64,000 nt of DNA from Gemmatimonas sp. (GTDB lineage: Bacteria > Gemmatimonadota > Gemmatimonadetes > Gemmatimonadales > Gemmatimonadaceae). Below the pieces are notes generated by a model. It was not told where the DNA came from. It made no database searches and worked only from the letters and a program-made list of their open reading frames with translations. Shown piece by piece: positions 1 through 9,743 of the stretch (positions are counted from its first letter, which is position 1; the number at the start of each line of letters is the position of its first letter). The position numbers and the translations under genes are program-made. The DNA is taken from contig OZ257156.1 in the NCBI GenBank assembly GCA_965279375.1, positions 4,544,001 to 4,608,000 of the forward strand, written 5' to 3'.

Positions 1-285
1 GTCGGCGTGCGCGAACTTTCGGCCGCGCGGTGAAAGGAGCACGATCGGCGACGTCGCGCCGATGGACTCCACCGCTTCGAAGAACGGCGCCGGCTTCATC
101 ACCATTCCGGGGCCGCCGCCGAACGGGTAGTCATCCACCGTGCGATGGCGATCGTGCGTGAAGGTGCGCAGATCCACCACGTTGTACGACACGCCGCCCA
201 CACCCGCTGCGCGGGCAGGGATGCTCAAGCCGAGTGGCCCCGCGAAGAAGTCGGGGAAGATGGTGACGACGTTGATGCGCAGCAT
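1..285 (-). CDS. trmD: tRNA (guanine37-N1)-methyltransferase, 5' part (runs off window start)
   Basis: Manual translation from ATG at 285: MLRINVVTIFPDFF...DLRTFTHDRHRTVDDYPFGGGPGMVMKP...LLSPRG; follows rpsP-rimM. Confidence 0.95.
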   Translation of the reverse strand, partial: MLRINVVTIFPDFFAGPLGLSIPARAAGVGGVSYNVVDLRTFTHDRHRTVDDYPFGGGPGMVMKPAPFFEAVESIGATSPIVLLSPRGRKFAHAD

Positions 286-317
286 GGAGGAAGGCTGGAG
301 AGCCGGAGCGCGTCGCG

Positions 318-839
318 CTACTCCAGCAGCCCTTCGAGCGGCTTGAGCACGATGGTGCGATTGGCCTCGTCCACGCGCGAGACGATCTCGGGGCGCCACG
401 GTACCAGCGGCTTGCCCGTTGCGGTCTCCACTTCGATCAAGAGTCCCTGCGGCGCGTCGTACACATCGCGCACGTGCCCAACGAGCCCCTGCCCTTCCAC
501 TTCCACGCGCATGCCCATCAGCGCGTAGATGTAGACCTGATCCTCATTCGGCTGCGGCAGCTTGGATTCGTCCACCAGCAGATAGCGACCGCGCCACACG
601 TCAGCGACATCGCGATCGGAGATTTCGCGCAGCTTGACCAACCACTCGCGATTCATCGGACGACCGTCTTCGATGTGCAGCTCGCCTTCGGGCGCCGCTT
701 TCCCTTGACGGTCCCCCGCAATAACGACAGCGCCGGACGCGAAGATCGCATCCGGCGCGTCTACCAACGCTTCGACGGCGAGAGCGCCGCGCACACCGTG
801 CGCGCGACGCACCAATCCGACGACGACCAGCTCGCCCAG
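318..839 (-). CDS. rimM: 16S rRNA processing protein RimM
   Basis: VVVGLVRRAHGVRG N-terminal motif, YIYALMGMRV, LVPW..EIVSRVD C-terminal PRC barrel; start placed at CTG 839 behind GGAG (ORF track starts at TTG 815). Confidence 0.92.
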   Translation of the reverse strand: MGELVVVGLVRRAHGVRGALAVEALVDAPDAIFASGAVVIAGDRQGKAAPEGELHIEDGRPMNREWLVKLREISDRDVADVWRGRYLLVDESKLPQPNEDQVYIYALMGMRVEVEGQGLVGHVRDVYDAPQGLLIEVETATGKPLVPWRPEIVSRVDEANRTIVLKPLEGLLE

Positions 840-840
840 C

Positions 841-1242
841 TTAGGACTCCGCGCGATCGGCGTCTTCCACGAGCATGGCGACCGGACCCGGCGGCGGCGT
901 CAGCTCATCCAGCTTGACCGCGGCGGCCGGCGTACCCGGAGCAGCGACCTTCTTGAACGACACGCCCTTGGCCTCGAGACGCGCCTCGTGGCGCTCCCTG
1001 AGCACACCAGCGCGACGCAGCAGCGAGCGCACGGTGTCCGTCGGCTGCGCGCCGACGTTCAGCCAGTAGGACACGCGGTCGAGCTGCAGGTTGATGGCGT
1101 TCTCGCCACCAAAACGCGGCTGGTACTGACCAATGATCTCGATGAAACGCCCGTCACGGGGGCTCTGCGAGTCAGCAACGACGATACGGTACATCGGGGT
1201 CTTCTTCCGGCCTTCGCGGCGGAGACGAATCTTGACTGCCAT
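841..1242 (-). CDS. rpsP: 30S ribosomal protein S16 with Ala/Pro-rich C-terminal extension
   Basis: [38 protein letters not shown]...[16 protein letters not shown]. Confidence 0.97.
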   Translation of the reverse strand: MAVKIRLRREGRKKTPMYRIVVADSQSPRDGRFIEIIGQYQPRFGGENAINLQLDRVSYWLNVGAQPTDTVRSLLRRAGVLRERHEARLEAKGVSFKKVAAPGTPAAAVKLDELTPPPGPVAMLVEDADRAES

Positions 1243-1470
1243 CTGGGCATCCCATGACGGAGTGATGCAACATCCTCGAGCTCCTCGCGACACCGGCGAT
1301 TCCGGCACGCACTCGAGTCACCGCTTCGGCCAACCCCAAGGGCTCAGCAACTGGCGCGGCAAAACCATAGCCTTCAAACGTAGTCGAGCCCCGCTGCTCG
1401 GCGCTACTGGGCCAGCCTCTGGCTCCCAGGCTCGCTTGCGTCCGCGCATACCGGGGTGAGTATTGGCCCC

Positions 1471-2301
1471 ATGACCGGCTTTCGAGTGCTCTTCGGGTTG
1501 ATCCTGCTGGCCCTCGCGCCCCGCGTCGCCCCCGCGCAGGCCGCCATCTCGCGCCTGGTCATCGCCGGCACGATCGAAGACTCGGTGGGCACCCCGGTCT
1601 CCGACGTGCGCATTGCCGTCATCGGCACCGACGTACAGGCGGTCAGCGACGCCAAAGGGCGCTTCCGCCTCCCCGAACTGCGCGCCGGATCGTACGTGCT
1701 CCGCATGCGCCGCCTGGGTTACGAGCCCTTCCTCGTTCCCATCGACCTGCCGCTCGCAGACGACTCCCCGCTCTCCATCGAGCTGCGCGAGGCCCCGACC
1801 GATCTCGCGCCGGTCACCGTCAAGGCGGACGGCATCTCCGAACGTCTCGCGGCCACCGGCTTTGCCAATCGCCGCGAGACCTCGGGCGCGCCCCCGTCCC
1901 AGTTCGTCACGCGCGCGGATTTCGAGCGCGTCGGGCCAGTTGACCTGTCGCAGATGCTGCGCCGCATGACCGGGCGCGCCAACAAGTGCTCCGACGGGAT
2001 CATCTTCGTGGACGGCGTGCTGATGACCCGGCCGATCCAGGACGCTCTGCCCTCCGCCTCGGCGGCCACGACCTCCCTGCTCAACAGCCCCAATGCCGCC
2101 ACCGCCGGCACCGCAGCCCGTCGAGCGATTCAGGAGATCGCCAAGACCGGTGTGGCCACGCCCAAGCCGGTAGCGCTGGACCTGATCCCGCAGAACTGGA
2201 TCGAGGGGATGGAGGTGTACGCCAGTCCCGCGCAGATCCCCAACGAATACCGCGCGGCGTTCCGCGAAGCGAAGTGCGTGATCCTGCTCTGGACGCGCTG
2301 A
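1471..2301 (+). CDS. Secreted carboxypeptidase-regulatory-like domain protein with TonB plug-like C-terminus and no barrel
   Basis: Signal peptide; IAGTIEDSVGTPV..SDAKGRFRL..LRAGSY..RRLGY; C-terminal IEGMEVY..PAQIP..CVILLWTR. Confidence 0.75.
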   Translation: MTGFRVLFGLILLALAPRVAPAQAAISRLVIAGTIEDSVGTPVSDVRIAVIGTDVQAVSDAKGRFRLPELRAGSYVLRMRRLGYEPFLVPIDLPLADDSPLSIELREAPTDLAPVTVKADGISERLAATGFANRRETSGAPPSQFVTRADFERVGPVDLSQMLRRMTGRANKCSDGIIFVDGVLMTRPIQDALPSASAATTSLLNSPNAATAGTAARRAIQEIAKTGVATPKPVALDLIPQNWIEGMEVYASPAQIPNEYRAAFREAKCVILLWTR

Positions 2302-2438
2302 TCGCAATCGTGCTGGAGCGTACGGGCTTCCCTGACCCGAGTTCAAGCAGGCCGTAGCAGACTCCAGTTGGGTCGAGTCTCGCATGGTGGCGTCTCGACG
2401 AGACGCAAAGCGTCGCGACCCGCTGCTCTCCGAGGCCC

Positions 2439-3083
2439 ATGAGAGAACATTCCGCGGGACAATTCTCGACGAGTCGGTCGCTCCGCCGCGCGGTCTGGGC
2501 TGGCCTGTCGATCGCATCCGTCTGCGGACTCGAGGTCGCGGTCGCGCAACGCGCGCCTGCCGCAACGTCAGACGCGCTGGAGGGAAAACGGGTGCGACTT
2601 ACGCTCTCCCAGACCTCCTCCACCGTGGCGCGCGCGGCGCGGCGCATCGGCAAGGTGCGCGAAGCGCGCGGCGACTCCCTCTCGGTGGTCTGGCTCGACG
2701 GCGGCGCAGCCACACTGCCCATGGCGGACATCGCACGACTCGACGTGAGTCGCGGCAGACGGCGATTCGTACTTCGCGGCCTGATCATTGGCGCGTTCGC
2801 AGGAGCTGGCGCCGGCGCGATCGTTGGCGCCCTCTCCTATTCCGAACCGGCATGCGTCGCCCCGTGCGTCGTCGACGACGAGTGGTTCGGGCGCGACTTC
2901 AATACCGTACTCGGAGCGTACTTCGGTGGGCTCGGCGGGCTACTCGCCGGAGGAGCCGTCGGCACCTTCGGTCGACGCGAGTCATGGGAGCGAGTCCCGC
3001 TCCCGTCAATCACGAGCCACCTGCGCGCCGGCGCGACCGTGGATCGTCGCGGGCCGCAGCTGCGCGTGGAGCTGTCTCGCTAG
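2439..3083 (+). CDS. Hypothetical exported protein with small beta-barrel-like N-terminus and glycine-zipper helices
   Basis: Signal-like N-terminus, GAFAGAGAGAIVGA and GGLGGLLAGGAVG glycine zippers; fills the gap between neighbours. Confidence 0.65.
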   Translation: MREHSAGQFSTSRSLRRAVWAGLSIASVCGLEVAVAQRAPAATSDALEGKRVRLTLSQTSSTVARAARRIGKVREARGDSLSVVWLDGGAATLPMADIARLDVSRGRRRFVLRGLIIGAFAGAGAGAIVGALSYSEPACVAPCVVDDEWFGRDFNTVLGAYFGGLGGLLAGGAVGTFGRRESWERVPLPSITSHLRAGATVDRRGPQLRVELSR

Positions 3084-3087
3084 CGCG

Positions 3088-4452
3088 TTAGCGCATCCCG
3101 CCGAACATGCCACCACCGCCAAACGGCAGGCGTGGCATGCCACCGCCGCCCTTTCCGCCGGGCCCACCGCTCATCTTCTTCATCATCTTCTGCATCTCGC
3201 GGAACTGCTCGAGCAGCTTGTTCACTTCGCTGACGGGACGACCGCATCCCTTGGCAATACGCGCACGACGCGAGCCGTTGAGAATCTCCGGCTTCTTGCG
3301 CTCCTGCGGCGTCATCGAAAGCACGATCGCTTCCACGTGCTTGAGACGCTTGGGATCCATCTTCACGTCCTTGAGCATCTTGCTGTTCACGCCCGGCAAC
3401 AGCTTCAGCAGATTCTCGAACGGTCCAAGCTTCTGCATCTGACGCATCGCCGACAGGAAGTCCTCGAGGTCCATGCCTTCCTTGCGGACCTTCTTCTCCA
3501 GCTTCTTCGCTTCGACGGCATCGAAGGATTCCTGCGCCTTCTCCACGAGCGACACGATGTCGCCCATCTGGAGAATGCGACCGGCCATGCGCTCCGGGTG
3601 GAACTCCTCGAGCGCATCGACCTTCTCGCCCACACCGATGTACTTGATCGGCTTCTTGAGCACGCCGTAGATCGAGAGCGCCGCACCGCCGCGCGCATCG
3701 CCGTCGAGCTTGGTGAGAATGACGCCGGTCACGTTCAGCGCTTCGTCGAAGCCCTGCGCGATCTTCACCGCTTCCTGACCGGTCATGCCGTCAGCAACGA
3801 ACAGGATTTCGTCGGGCTTGATCGCTGCCTTGAGCCGCTTGAGCTCGTCCATCATGTCCGCGTCGATCTGCAAACGACCGGCGGTGTCGATGATGACGAC
3901 GCGATCACGAGCGCGCATGCCCTGATCGATGCCGGCCTTGGCGATCTTCACCACGTCCTTCGTGGTGCGATCGGCGTAGACCGGCACGTTGAGCTGCGTA
4001 CCCAGCGTTTCGAGCTGATCGATGGCGGCGGGGCGATAGACGTCAGCGGCAACCAGTCGCGTCGTCTTCCCCTCGGCGACGAGCTTGCGCGCCAGCTTGG
4101 CGGCGGTGGTCGTCTTACCCGAACCCTGCAGACCGACCATCATCACGATCGTCGGCGGAACCGTGCTGATCTTGAGCCCTTCACGACGCTCACCGAGCAT
4201 CGCGGTGAGTTCATCGTGAACGATCTTCACCAGCTGCTGTGCTGGCTGAATCGTCTTGATCTGCAGGACGCCGACGGCCTTCTTCTCGACGCGCTCGAGG
4301 AATTCGCGCGTCAGCGAAAAATTGACGTCCGCTTCAAGCAGGACCCGGCGCACTTCGCGCAGGCCTTCCTTGATGTCGGCGTCCGTGAGTACGCCACGCC
4401 CGCGAAGCTTCGCGAAGACGTTGCCGAGTTTGTCTGAGAGCTCATCGAACAT
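3088..4452 (-). CDS. ffh: Signal recognition particle protein
   Basis: GLQGSGKTT, DTAGR, TKLDGDARGGAALS, M-domain SMTPQER..NGSRRARIAKG. Confidence 0.98.
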   Translation of the reverse strand: MFDELSDKLGNVFAKLRGRGVLTDADIKEGLREVRRVLLEADVNFSLTREFLERVEKKAVGVLQIKTIQPAQQLVKIVHDELTAMLGERREGLKISTVPPTIVMMVGLQGSGKTTTAAKLARKLVAEGKTTRLVAADVYRPAAIDQLETLGTQLNVPVYADRTTKDVVKIAKAGIDQGMRARDRVVIIDTAGRLQIDADMMDELKRLKAAIKPDEILFVADGMTGQEAVKIAQGFDEALNVTGVILTKLDGDARGGAALSIYGVLKKPIKYIGVGEKVDALEEFHPERMAGRILQMGDIVSLVEKAQESFDAVEAKKLEKKVRKEGMDLEDFLSAMRQMQKLGPFENLLKLLPGVNSKMLKDVKMDPKRLKHVEAIVLSMTPQERKKPEILNGSRRARIAKGCGRPVSEVNKLLEQFREMQKMMKKMSGGPGGKGGGGMPRLPFGGGGMFGGMR

Positions 4453-4540
4453 AGTAGGAAAACGCTAACGGGCCGGGACGGTGGGTACAACCTCGCCGCC
4501 AAACCTTACCGGACCCGCCGCCATCACTAGATTGGCATTC

Positions 4541-7024
4541 ATGTCGCGAACGACCCCGCGTTTTCCGGCCATCTCGATGCCACGCGGCCAGCGCAAGGAA
4601 GAAATCCTTCGCGCCGAGCTGCCGCCGACGTTGCCGTTGATGGCTCTCCGCTCCACGATAGTCTTCCCGTTGGGCACCATCGCGGTGCAGATGGGTGCGC
4701 CGGAAAACCTCGCCCTCCTCAGGGCGCACGAGGAGTCCGGGCTCATCGTCGCGCTGGTCGTCGCCTCGGCGGAAAACGATGACGCCATCGATCCGCACAA
4801 CTTTGTGGGTAGGGTCGGCGTGGCCGCGCGCGTGCACGAGCGCATCAACTTGCCGGGCGAGACCGTCCAGATCACGCTGCAGGGGCTGCGTCGCATCACG
4901 ATCGACGCGATTGATCAGGTCGAGCCGTTCGCCATCGCGCGCATTCAGGGCGCCAAGGAGACGCCCGCCGACGTCAACGAGATCGACGAGTTGGTCGCCC
5001 GTACAGTCGCCGCCGCCGAAACGCTCGCCGATCTCGTGGACCGTATCCCGAGCGAAGTGCCGCAGATCCTCAAGATGAACGTGTCCGACCCGGGGCGCTT
5101 TGCCGACCTCGCGGCCACGAACATGAATCTGCGCATCGCCGACAAAGAAGAGGTGCTGCAGCGGCTCGACATCGGACAGCGCATTCGCTTCATCCTCTCG
5201 CGGCTCGAGCGTGAAGTGGCGCGCGCCCGCGTCATGGACGACGTGAAGAAGCAGACCGAGATCAAGATCGAGCAGCACCAGCGCGAGTTCTATCTGCGTC
5301 AGCAGCTCCGCGCGATTCAGTCCGAGTTGGGCGAGGCCGATCCCAACGAGAAGGAGTCGGTGGACCTGCTGCGCCGCATTGAAGAGGCACAGCTCCCCGA
5401 GAAGGTCGCCGCGGAAGCGCGCCGCGAAACGGAACGCCTGCGCATGCTCTCGCCCGCGTCCAGCGAGTATCAGGTGCTGCGCACCTATCTCGATTGGGTC
5501 CTGGCGCTCCCGTGGAACGAACGCAGTGCCGACGATGGCAGCATCACGCTCTCGACGGTCGAGGCGGCGCTCGAAGATCGCCACTACGGACTCGACGAAG
5601 CCAAGGAGCGCATCATCGAGTATCTCGCCGTGCGCAAGCTGCGCGGCGGCGATCCCACGGGCCCGATCCTCTGTTTCGTCGGTCCGCCGGGCACCGGCAA
5701 GACGTCACTGGGCGAAGCGATCGCCAAGGCCATCGGCCGCGAGTTCTATCGTATCTCCGTGGGCGGCGTGCGCGACGAAGCGGAAATCCGTGGCCATCGT
5801 CGCACCTACGTGGGCGCCATGCCCGGCCTGCTCATTCAGGCGCTGCGTCGTGTTGCCGTGCGCGATCCCGTCATCATGATCGACGAGATCGACAAGATGA
5901 CCTCGGGCTCGAGTGGCGATCCCACCGCCGCGATGCTCGAAGTGCTCGACCCGTCGCAAAACTCGAGCTTCGTCGATCACTATCTCAACCTGCCGTTCGA
6001 CCTGTCGAGCGTCCTATTCATCTGCACGGCCAACAATCTCTTCGATATCCCCAACGCGTTGCGCGATCGCCTCGAAGTCATCCGCATCGCCGGCTACACC
6101 ATCGAAGAGAAGGTAGAGATCGCGCAGCGCTATCTCATGCCGCGCCTGCTCGACGATCACGGCCTCTCGGCGGACGACATTCACGTGCCGGAGTCGGTGC
6201 TCGGCTTCATCACCAGTCGCTACTCGCGCGAAGCTGGGCTCCGCACGTTCGAGCGCTCGCTCGCCTCGCTGCTGCGCAAGCGCGCGCGCGCCAAGGCCGA
6301 CGGTGACGAAAGCCATTGGGAGATGACCGCCGAGCGTGTCGAGGAGATTCTGGGCACCCCGCGCTTCTCGATGGAAGAAGCGGAGATGGAGCCGGAGATC
6401 GGCGCGGTGACGGGCCTCGCGTGGACCGCGACCGGTGGCGACATCATGACGATCGAAGCGCTGCGCATGCCCGGCAACGGCAAGCTCACTGTCACCGGCC
6501 AGCTCGGCGACGTGATGCGCGAGTCGGTCGATGCGGCGTACTCGTTTGTGCGTTCGCGTGCGGCGCTGCTTGGCATCGCAGAACGCGAGTTCAGCGAAGC
6601 GGATCTGCACCTGCACTTCCCAGCGGGCTCGATCCCCAAGGACGGTCCGTCGGCGGGCATTGCGGTCACGCTGGCGCTCGCGAGTGCGCTGTCGCGCCGG
6701 CCCGTGCGTCGCGATCTCGCGCTCACAGGCGAAGTCACGCTGCGTGGACGCGTGCTGGAAATCGGCGGCGTGAAGGAGAAAGTGCTCGCCGCGTATCGCG
6801 TGGGATTGCGCGAAGTGATCCTCCCCAAGGGCAACGAGAAGGACGTACGCGACGTGCCGCAGGAGGTGCGCGACAAGATGGCGTTCACCTTCGCCAGCAG
6901 CATGGACGAAGTCCTGCGACTGGCGTTACTGCCGCTCCCCGACTCGCATCCCGCGGACGCGCCGCCGCAACTCGATGCCGGATTCGCAGATTCGCATCCG
7001 GCCGACGTGCCTGCGCGCCTGTAG
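4541..7024 (+). CDS. lon: ATP-dependent Lon protease (paralog 1)
   Basis: LON N domain, Walker A GPPGTGKT, RGHRRTYVGAMPG, catalytic PKDGPSAG and GGVKEK Lys. Confidence 0.96.
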   Translation: MSRTTPRFPAISMPRGQRKEEILRAELPPTLPLMALRSTIVFPLGTIAVQMGAPENLALLRAHEESGLIVALVVASAENDDAIDPHNFVGRVGVAARVHERINLPGETVQITLQGLRRITIDAIDQVEPFAIARIQGAKETPADVNEIDELVARTVAAAETLADLVDRIPSEVPQILKMNVSDPGRFADLAATNMNLRIADKEEVLQRLDIGQRIRFILSRLEREVARARVMDDVKKQTEIKIEQHQREFYLRQQLRAIQSELGEADPNEKESVDLLRRIEEAQLPEKVAAEARRETERLRMLSPASSEYQVLRTYLDWVLALPWNERSADDGSITLSTVEAALEDRHYGLDEAKERIIEYLAVRKLRGGDPTGPILCFVGPPGTGKTSLGEAIAKAIGREFYRISVGGVRDEAEIRGHRRTYVGAMPGLLIQALRRVAVRDPVIMIDEIDKMTSGSSGDPTAAMLEVLDPSQNSSFVDHYLNLPFDLSSVLFICTANNLFDIPNALRDRLEVIRIAGYTIEEKVEIAQRYLMPRLLDDHGLSADDIHVPESVLGFITSRYSREAGLRTFERSLASLLRKRARAKADGDESHWEMTAERVEEILGTPRFSMEEAEMEPEIGAVTGLAWTATGGDIMTIEALRMPGNGKLTVTGQLGDVMRESVDAAYSFVRSRAALLGIAEREFSEADLHLHFPAGSIPKDGPSAGIAVTLALASALSRRPVRRDLALTGEVTLRGRVLEIGGVKEKVLAAYRVGLREVILPKGNEKDVRDVPQEVRDKMAFTFASSMDEVLRLALLPLPDSHPADAPPQLDAGFADSHPADVPARL

Positions 7025-7032
7025 ACCCTGCG

Positions 7033-8400
7033 TTAGAACTGCGCTCCAAACGCGTGCAGTAGCAGGCCCACGAGACCGCCCACGATCGTACCGTTGATGC
7101 GAATGAACTGCAGATCACGACCGATCTGCAGTTCAATCTTGCGTGAGGTCGCGTTCGCGTCCCACGCCGCCACCGTCGTCGCGATCAGCTTGGCCACCTC
7201 CTCACGCGCCTGCTCCACGGCGTACGTGACCAGCTCCACCACCCAGCCGTTCACTTTCGTGGCCAGCTCGGCGTCTTCCAGAACCTTCTGACCCAGTCCG
7301 GTCAGCCAGCGCTCGATCTGATCCGGCTCGCTCTCCGCATCGCTCGCAATGCGTTCCGCATAGCTCGTCAGGCGATCCTTCACGTCGCTCCACACCGACT
7401 TGGAGAACTCGGCAACCGACGGATGGTTGAGCACGTCGAGCTTGATCTGCTCGGCCTTGGCGATGACGTCGGGATTATTGCGCAGCGAGAGCACAAAGCG
7501 ATCGACCGCTTCGTCGTAGCGCACGCGCAGCGGGTGATCGGGATCGGCCGCCACGGCCACGAGCGTCTTCTCCACGCCGCTGACGATCTTGTCGCCGAGC
7601 CGATTTTCCACCGCGCCCGGCACCCACCACGGACTCTCCGCCTTGATGCGCTCGCGGATCATCTCCTCGTTTTCGGCGAGGAAGCGCGCGGCCAAACGCA
7701 GCGCATCGTCCAGCAGCGCCTGATGCCGTCCGCCTGCAGTGAGCGTGTCGAACACACGCGCGGCGACCGGCGCGGCCTGCATCGACCGCAATCGCGACAC
7801 GATGCCCTTGTCTACCAACGCCTGCACTTCTTCGTCCTTGAGTACCGCGGCGCCTCCCACGAGGCCACGCGCCACCACCTGCGCCACTTTTCTACTGTGC
7901 TCCGGCGTGCTGATCCACGCAGCCGCGCGCTCGCCCAGCTTCATCGCGTGCAGCTTGCTGGCCACTACCTCGCGCGTGAGGAAGTTGCGCTGCACGAAGT
8001 TGCCGAGTGCCGTGCCGATGCGATCCTTGCGCGAGGGAACGATGGCCGTGTGCGGAATCGGCAGGCCAAGCGGATGCTTGAAGAGCGCGGTGACGGCAAA
8101 CCAGTCGGCGATGCCGCCAACCATCGCGGCCTCTGCAAATGCGCGCACGTACGACAACCACGGAAAGCGCGCCTCGTACATGCGCGCGAGCACGAACAGC
8201 ACCGCCACACCGACCAGCATTGCGGTGGCTACGCGCTTCATGCGCTGTAGCCGAACGCGCTTGATCTCGTCGTCCGGCGTCAGGGCCAGCCCGGGAGGGA
8301 GTAGTGCGGGTGTCGTGGCAGGAACCACAGCAGGAAGTGCGGGAGCAGACATGGGCGTCCATACGGGTACGGACGCTCCAGAGTTTGGTTCGTCCGACAC
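7033..8400 (-). CDS. DUF445 family membrane protein
   Basis: AEAAMVGGIADWFAVTALFKHPLGLPIPHTAI and IGRDLQFIRINGTIVGGLVG signatures; start uncertain (GTG 8400 or ATG 8352). Confidence 0.9.
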   Translation of the reverse strand: MSDEPNSGASVPVWTPMSAPALPAVVPATTPALLPPGLALTPDDEIKRVRLQRMKRVATAMLVGVAVLFVLARMYEARFPWLSYVRAFAEAAMVGGIADWFAVTALFKHPLGLPIPHTAIVPSRKDRIGTALGNFVQRNFLTREVVASKLHAMKLGERAAAWISTPEHSRKVAQVVARGLVGGAAVLKDEEVQALVDKGIVSRLRSMQAAPVAARVFDTLTAGGRHQALLDDALRLAARFLAENEEMIRERIKAESPWWVPGAVENRLGDKIVSGVEKTLVAVAADPDHPLRVRYDEAVDRFVLSLRNNPDVIAKAEQIKLDVLNHPSVAEFSKSVWSDVKDRLTSYAERIASDAESEPDQIERWLTGLGQKVLEDAELATKVNGWVVELVTYAVEQAREEVAKLIATTVAAWDANATSRKIELQIGRDLQFIRINGTIVGGLVGLLLHAFGAQF

Positions 8401-8402
8401 GC

Positions 8403-9743
8403 TCAGCGGCCGATCGTGATGCGCTTGAAGTCGATCAAGGCATCGCTGACGCCCGCCGGTGCATCGAGGAAATACACCACCGGGCGTCCGTTGACCTGTT
8501 CCATGCGCAGCGTGACTGTGCGTGCGCCGTGCGTCGGCTTGGCGGCCACGTCGTACCGTCGCGTCGTGGCGCCCGGCGGGATATCGGACTTGCCCAGTTC
8601 GTAGCGACGCCGTGCGGCATCGCCCATCAGGTCGAGAAAGTCCGCCGCGTCCACCGGAGAATCCCACACCGAGGCCCAGGCCACAGCATCACCGGAGGGC
8701 GTCTTGATGAGCGCATAGCTGTCGCCATCGAGGCCGCTCGCCGCGCGTCGCGCCGCCGCTTCGTCCTTGAGATGCAGCACGAGGATGAGCCGCGTTTCGA
8801 ACTCACCAAACGTGTTGCTGAACGTGACCGTCCCCGACGAGGGCGCTGGCAGCGTGACCTTTGTCGGGACGTCGCGTGTGTCCTTGGAATCGGTGAAGTA
8901 CGCGGCATCGTTGAGGATCTGCTTGGTGGAGATCGGCAGATCGCTGAGCAGCTCGTTCTCCTTGCGCTTCTCGATGAAGCGTCGGACGAAATCCGCACCA
9001 CCCAGATACGGGAAGAGCATCCCTTCGCGGATCGCACGCGGCGCGGAGCCGAACACCGGCATGCCGCCTTGCCCGTCGCGAATCACGTCGCGGATGCGAT
9101 CCCAACCGCCCGGCATCTTGAGCATCGGGCCGACGTTTGGATCGAGGCGGAACTGGTTGAACACTGCCTGCCCTTCGAGAATTGCCTGTGCGGCCGCCTG
9201 CCGATCGGCGTCGTCCACAGCACCCTGAATGCTGTCGATCTTGACGTACTGATCCTGCAACGCGTGCACGAGCTCGTGGGCGATCGTCTGGTCGCGCATC
9301 GCTGCGGGCGCTCCGTCCACCACGTACAGCACCTTCGTGGCCGGATCGTAGAAGCCGATCACCTGCTCTTCGAGCAAGCGCTGCATGAGGCCACCGAGAT
9401 CCATCGTGTCGGGGATCATCCCCAATACGCGATAGACGCCCTGCTGCCCCGCGATCTGCTTCTTGGCGCGCTCGCTCGTGAGCTGCTTCATCAGGAACGC
9501 CGCCACCTCCGCCTTCGACTTGGTCTCGAGCTTGGGCGGCGTCTTGAACGTCATGCCGAGCTGCTGCTCGATCTTGGGGACGACGGTGTTGACGATCTCC
9601 GCGTACGACCCTGCATCCTTGGGCGTCGCCGACTCACGACACGCCGCGACTCCAAGCAGGAGCGCGGCGGTTGTGGCGGTGCGGCTGGTGCGCGCGAGGC
9701 GCACGGCGAAACGAGAGGCTCGTGGGATGGCGAAGTCGGTCAC
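8403..9743 (-). CDS. Lipoprotein with zincin-like metallopeptidase motif
   Basis: Lipobox GVAAC; GFYDP..LYV; AHELVHALQDQ and downstream EGQA; GTGA overlap with pilD stop. Confidence 0.75.
   Translation of the reverse strand: MTDFAIPRASRFAVRLARTSRTATTAALLLGVAACRESATPKDAGSYAEIVNTVVPKIEQQLGMTFKTPPKLETKSKAEVAAFLMKQLTSERAKKQIAGQQGVYRVLGMIPDTMDLGGLMQRLLEEQVIGFYDPATKVLYVVDGAPAAMRDQTIAHELVHALQDQYVKIDSIQGAVDDADRQAAAQAILEGQAVFNQFRLDPNVGPMLKMPGGWDRIRDVIRDGQGGMPVFGSAPRAIREGMLFPYLGGADFVRRFIEKRKENELLSDLPISTKQILNDAAYFTDSKDTRDVPTKVTLPAPSSGTVTFSNTFGEFETRLILVLHLKDEAAARRAASGLDGDSYALIKTPSGDAVAWASVWDSPVDAADFLDLMGDAARRRYELGKSDIPPGATTRRYDVAAKPTHGARTVTLRMEQVNGRPVVYFLDAPAGVSDALIDFKRITIGR

Noticed and set aside
2788..4437. 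Long antisense ORFs (also 38210-39940, 44776-46575, 50980-52767 and others)
   Set aside because: Shadow frames opposite well-conserved genes, expected in high-GC DNA
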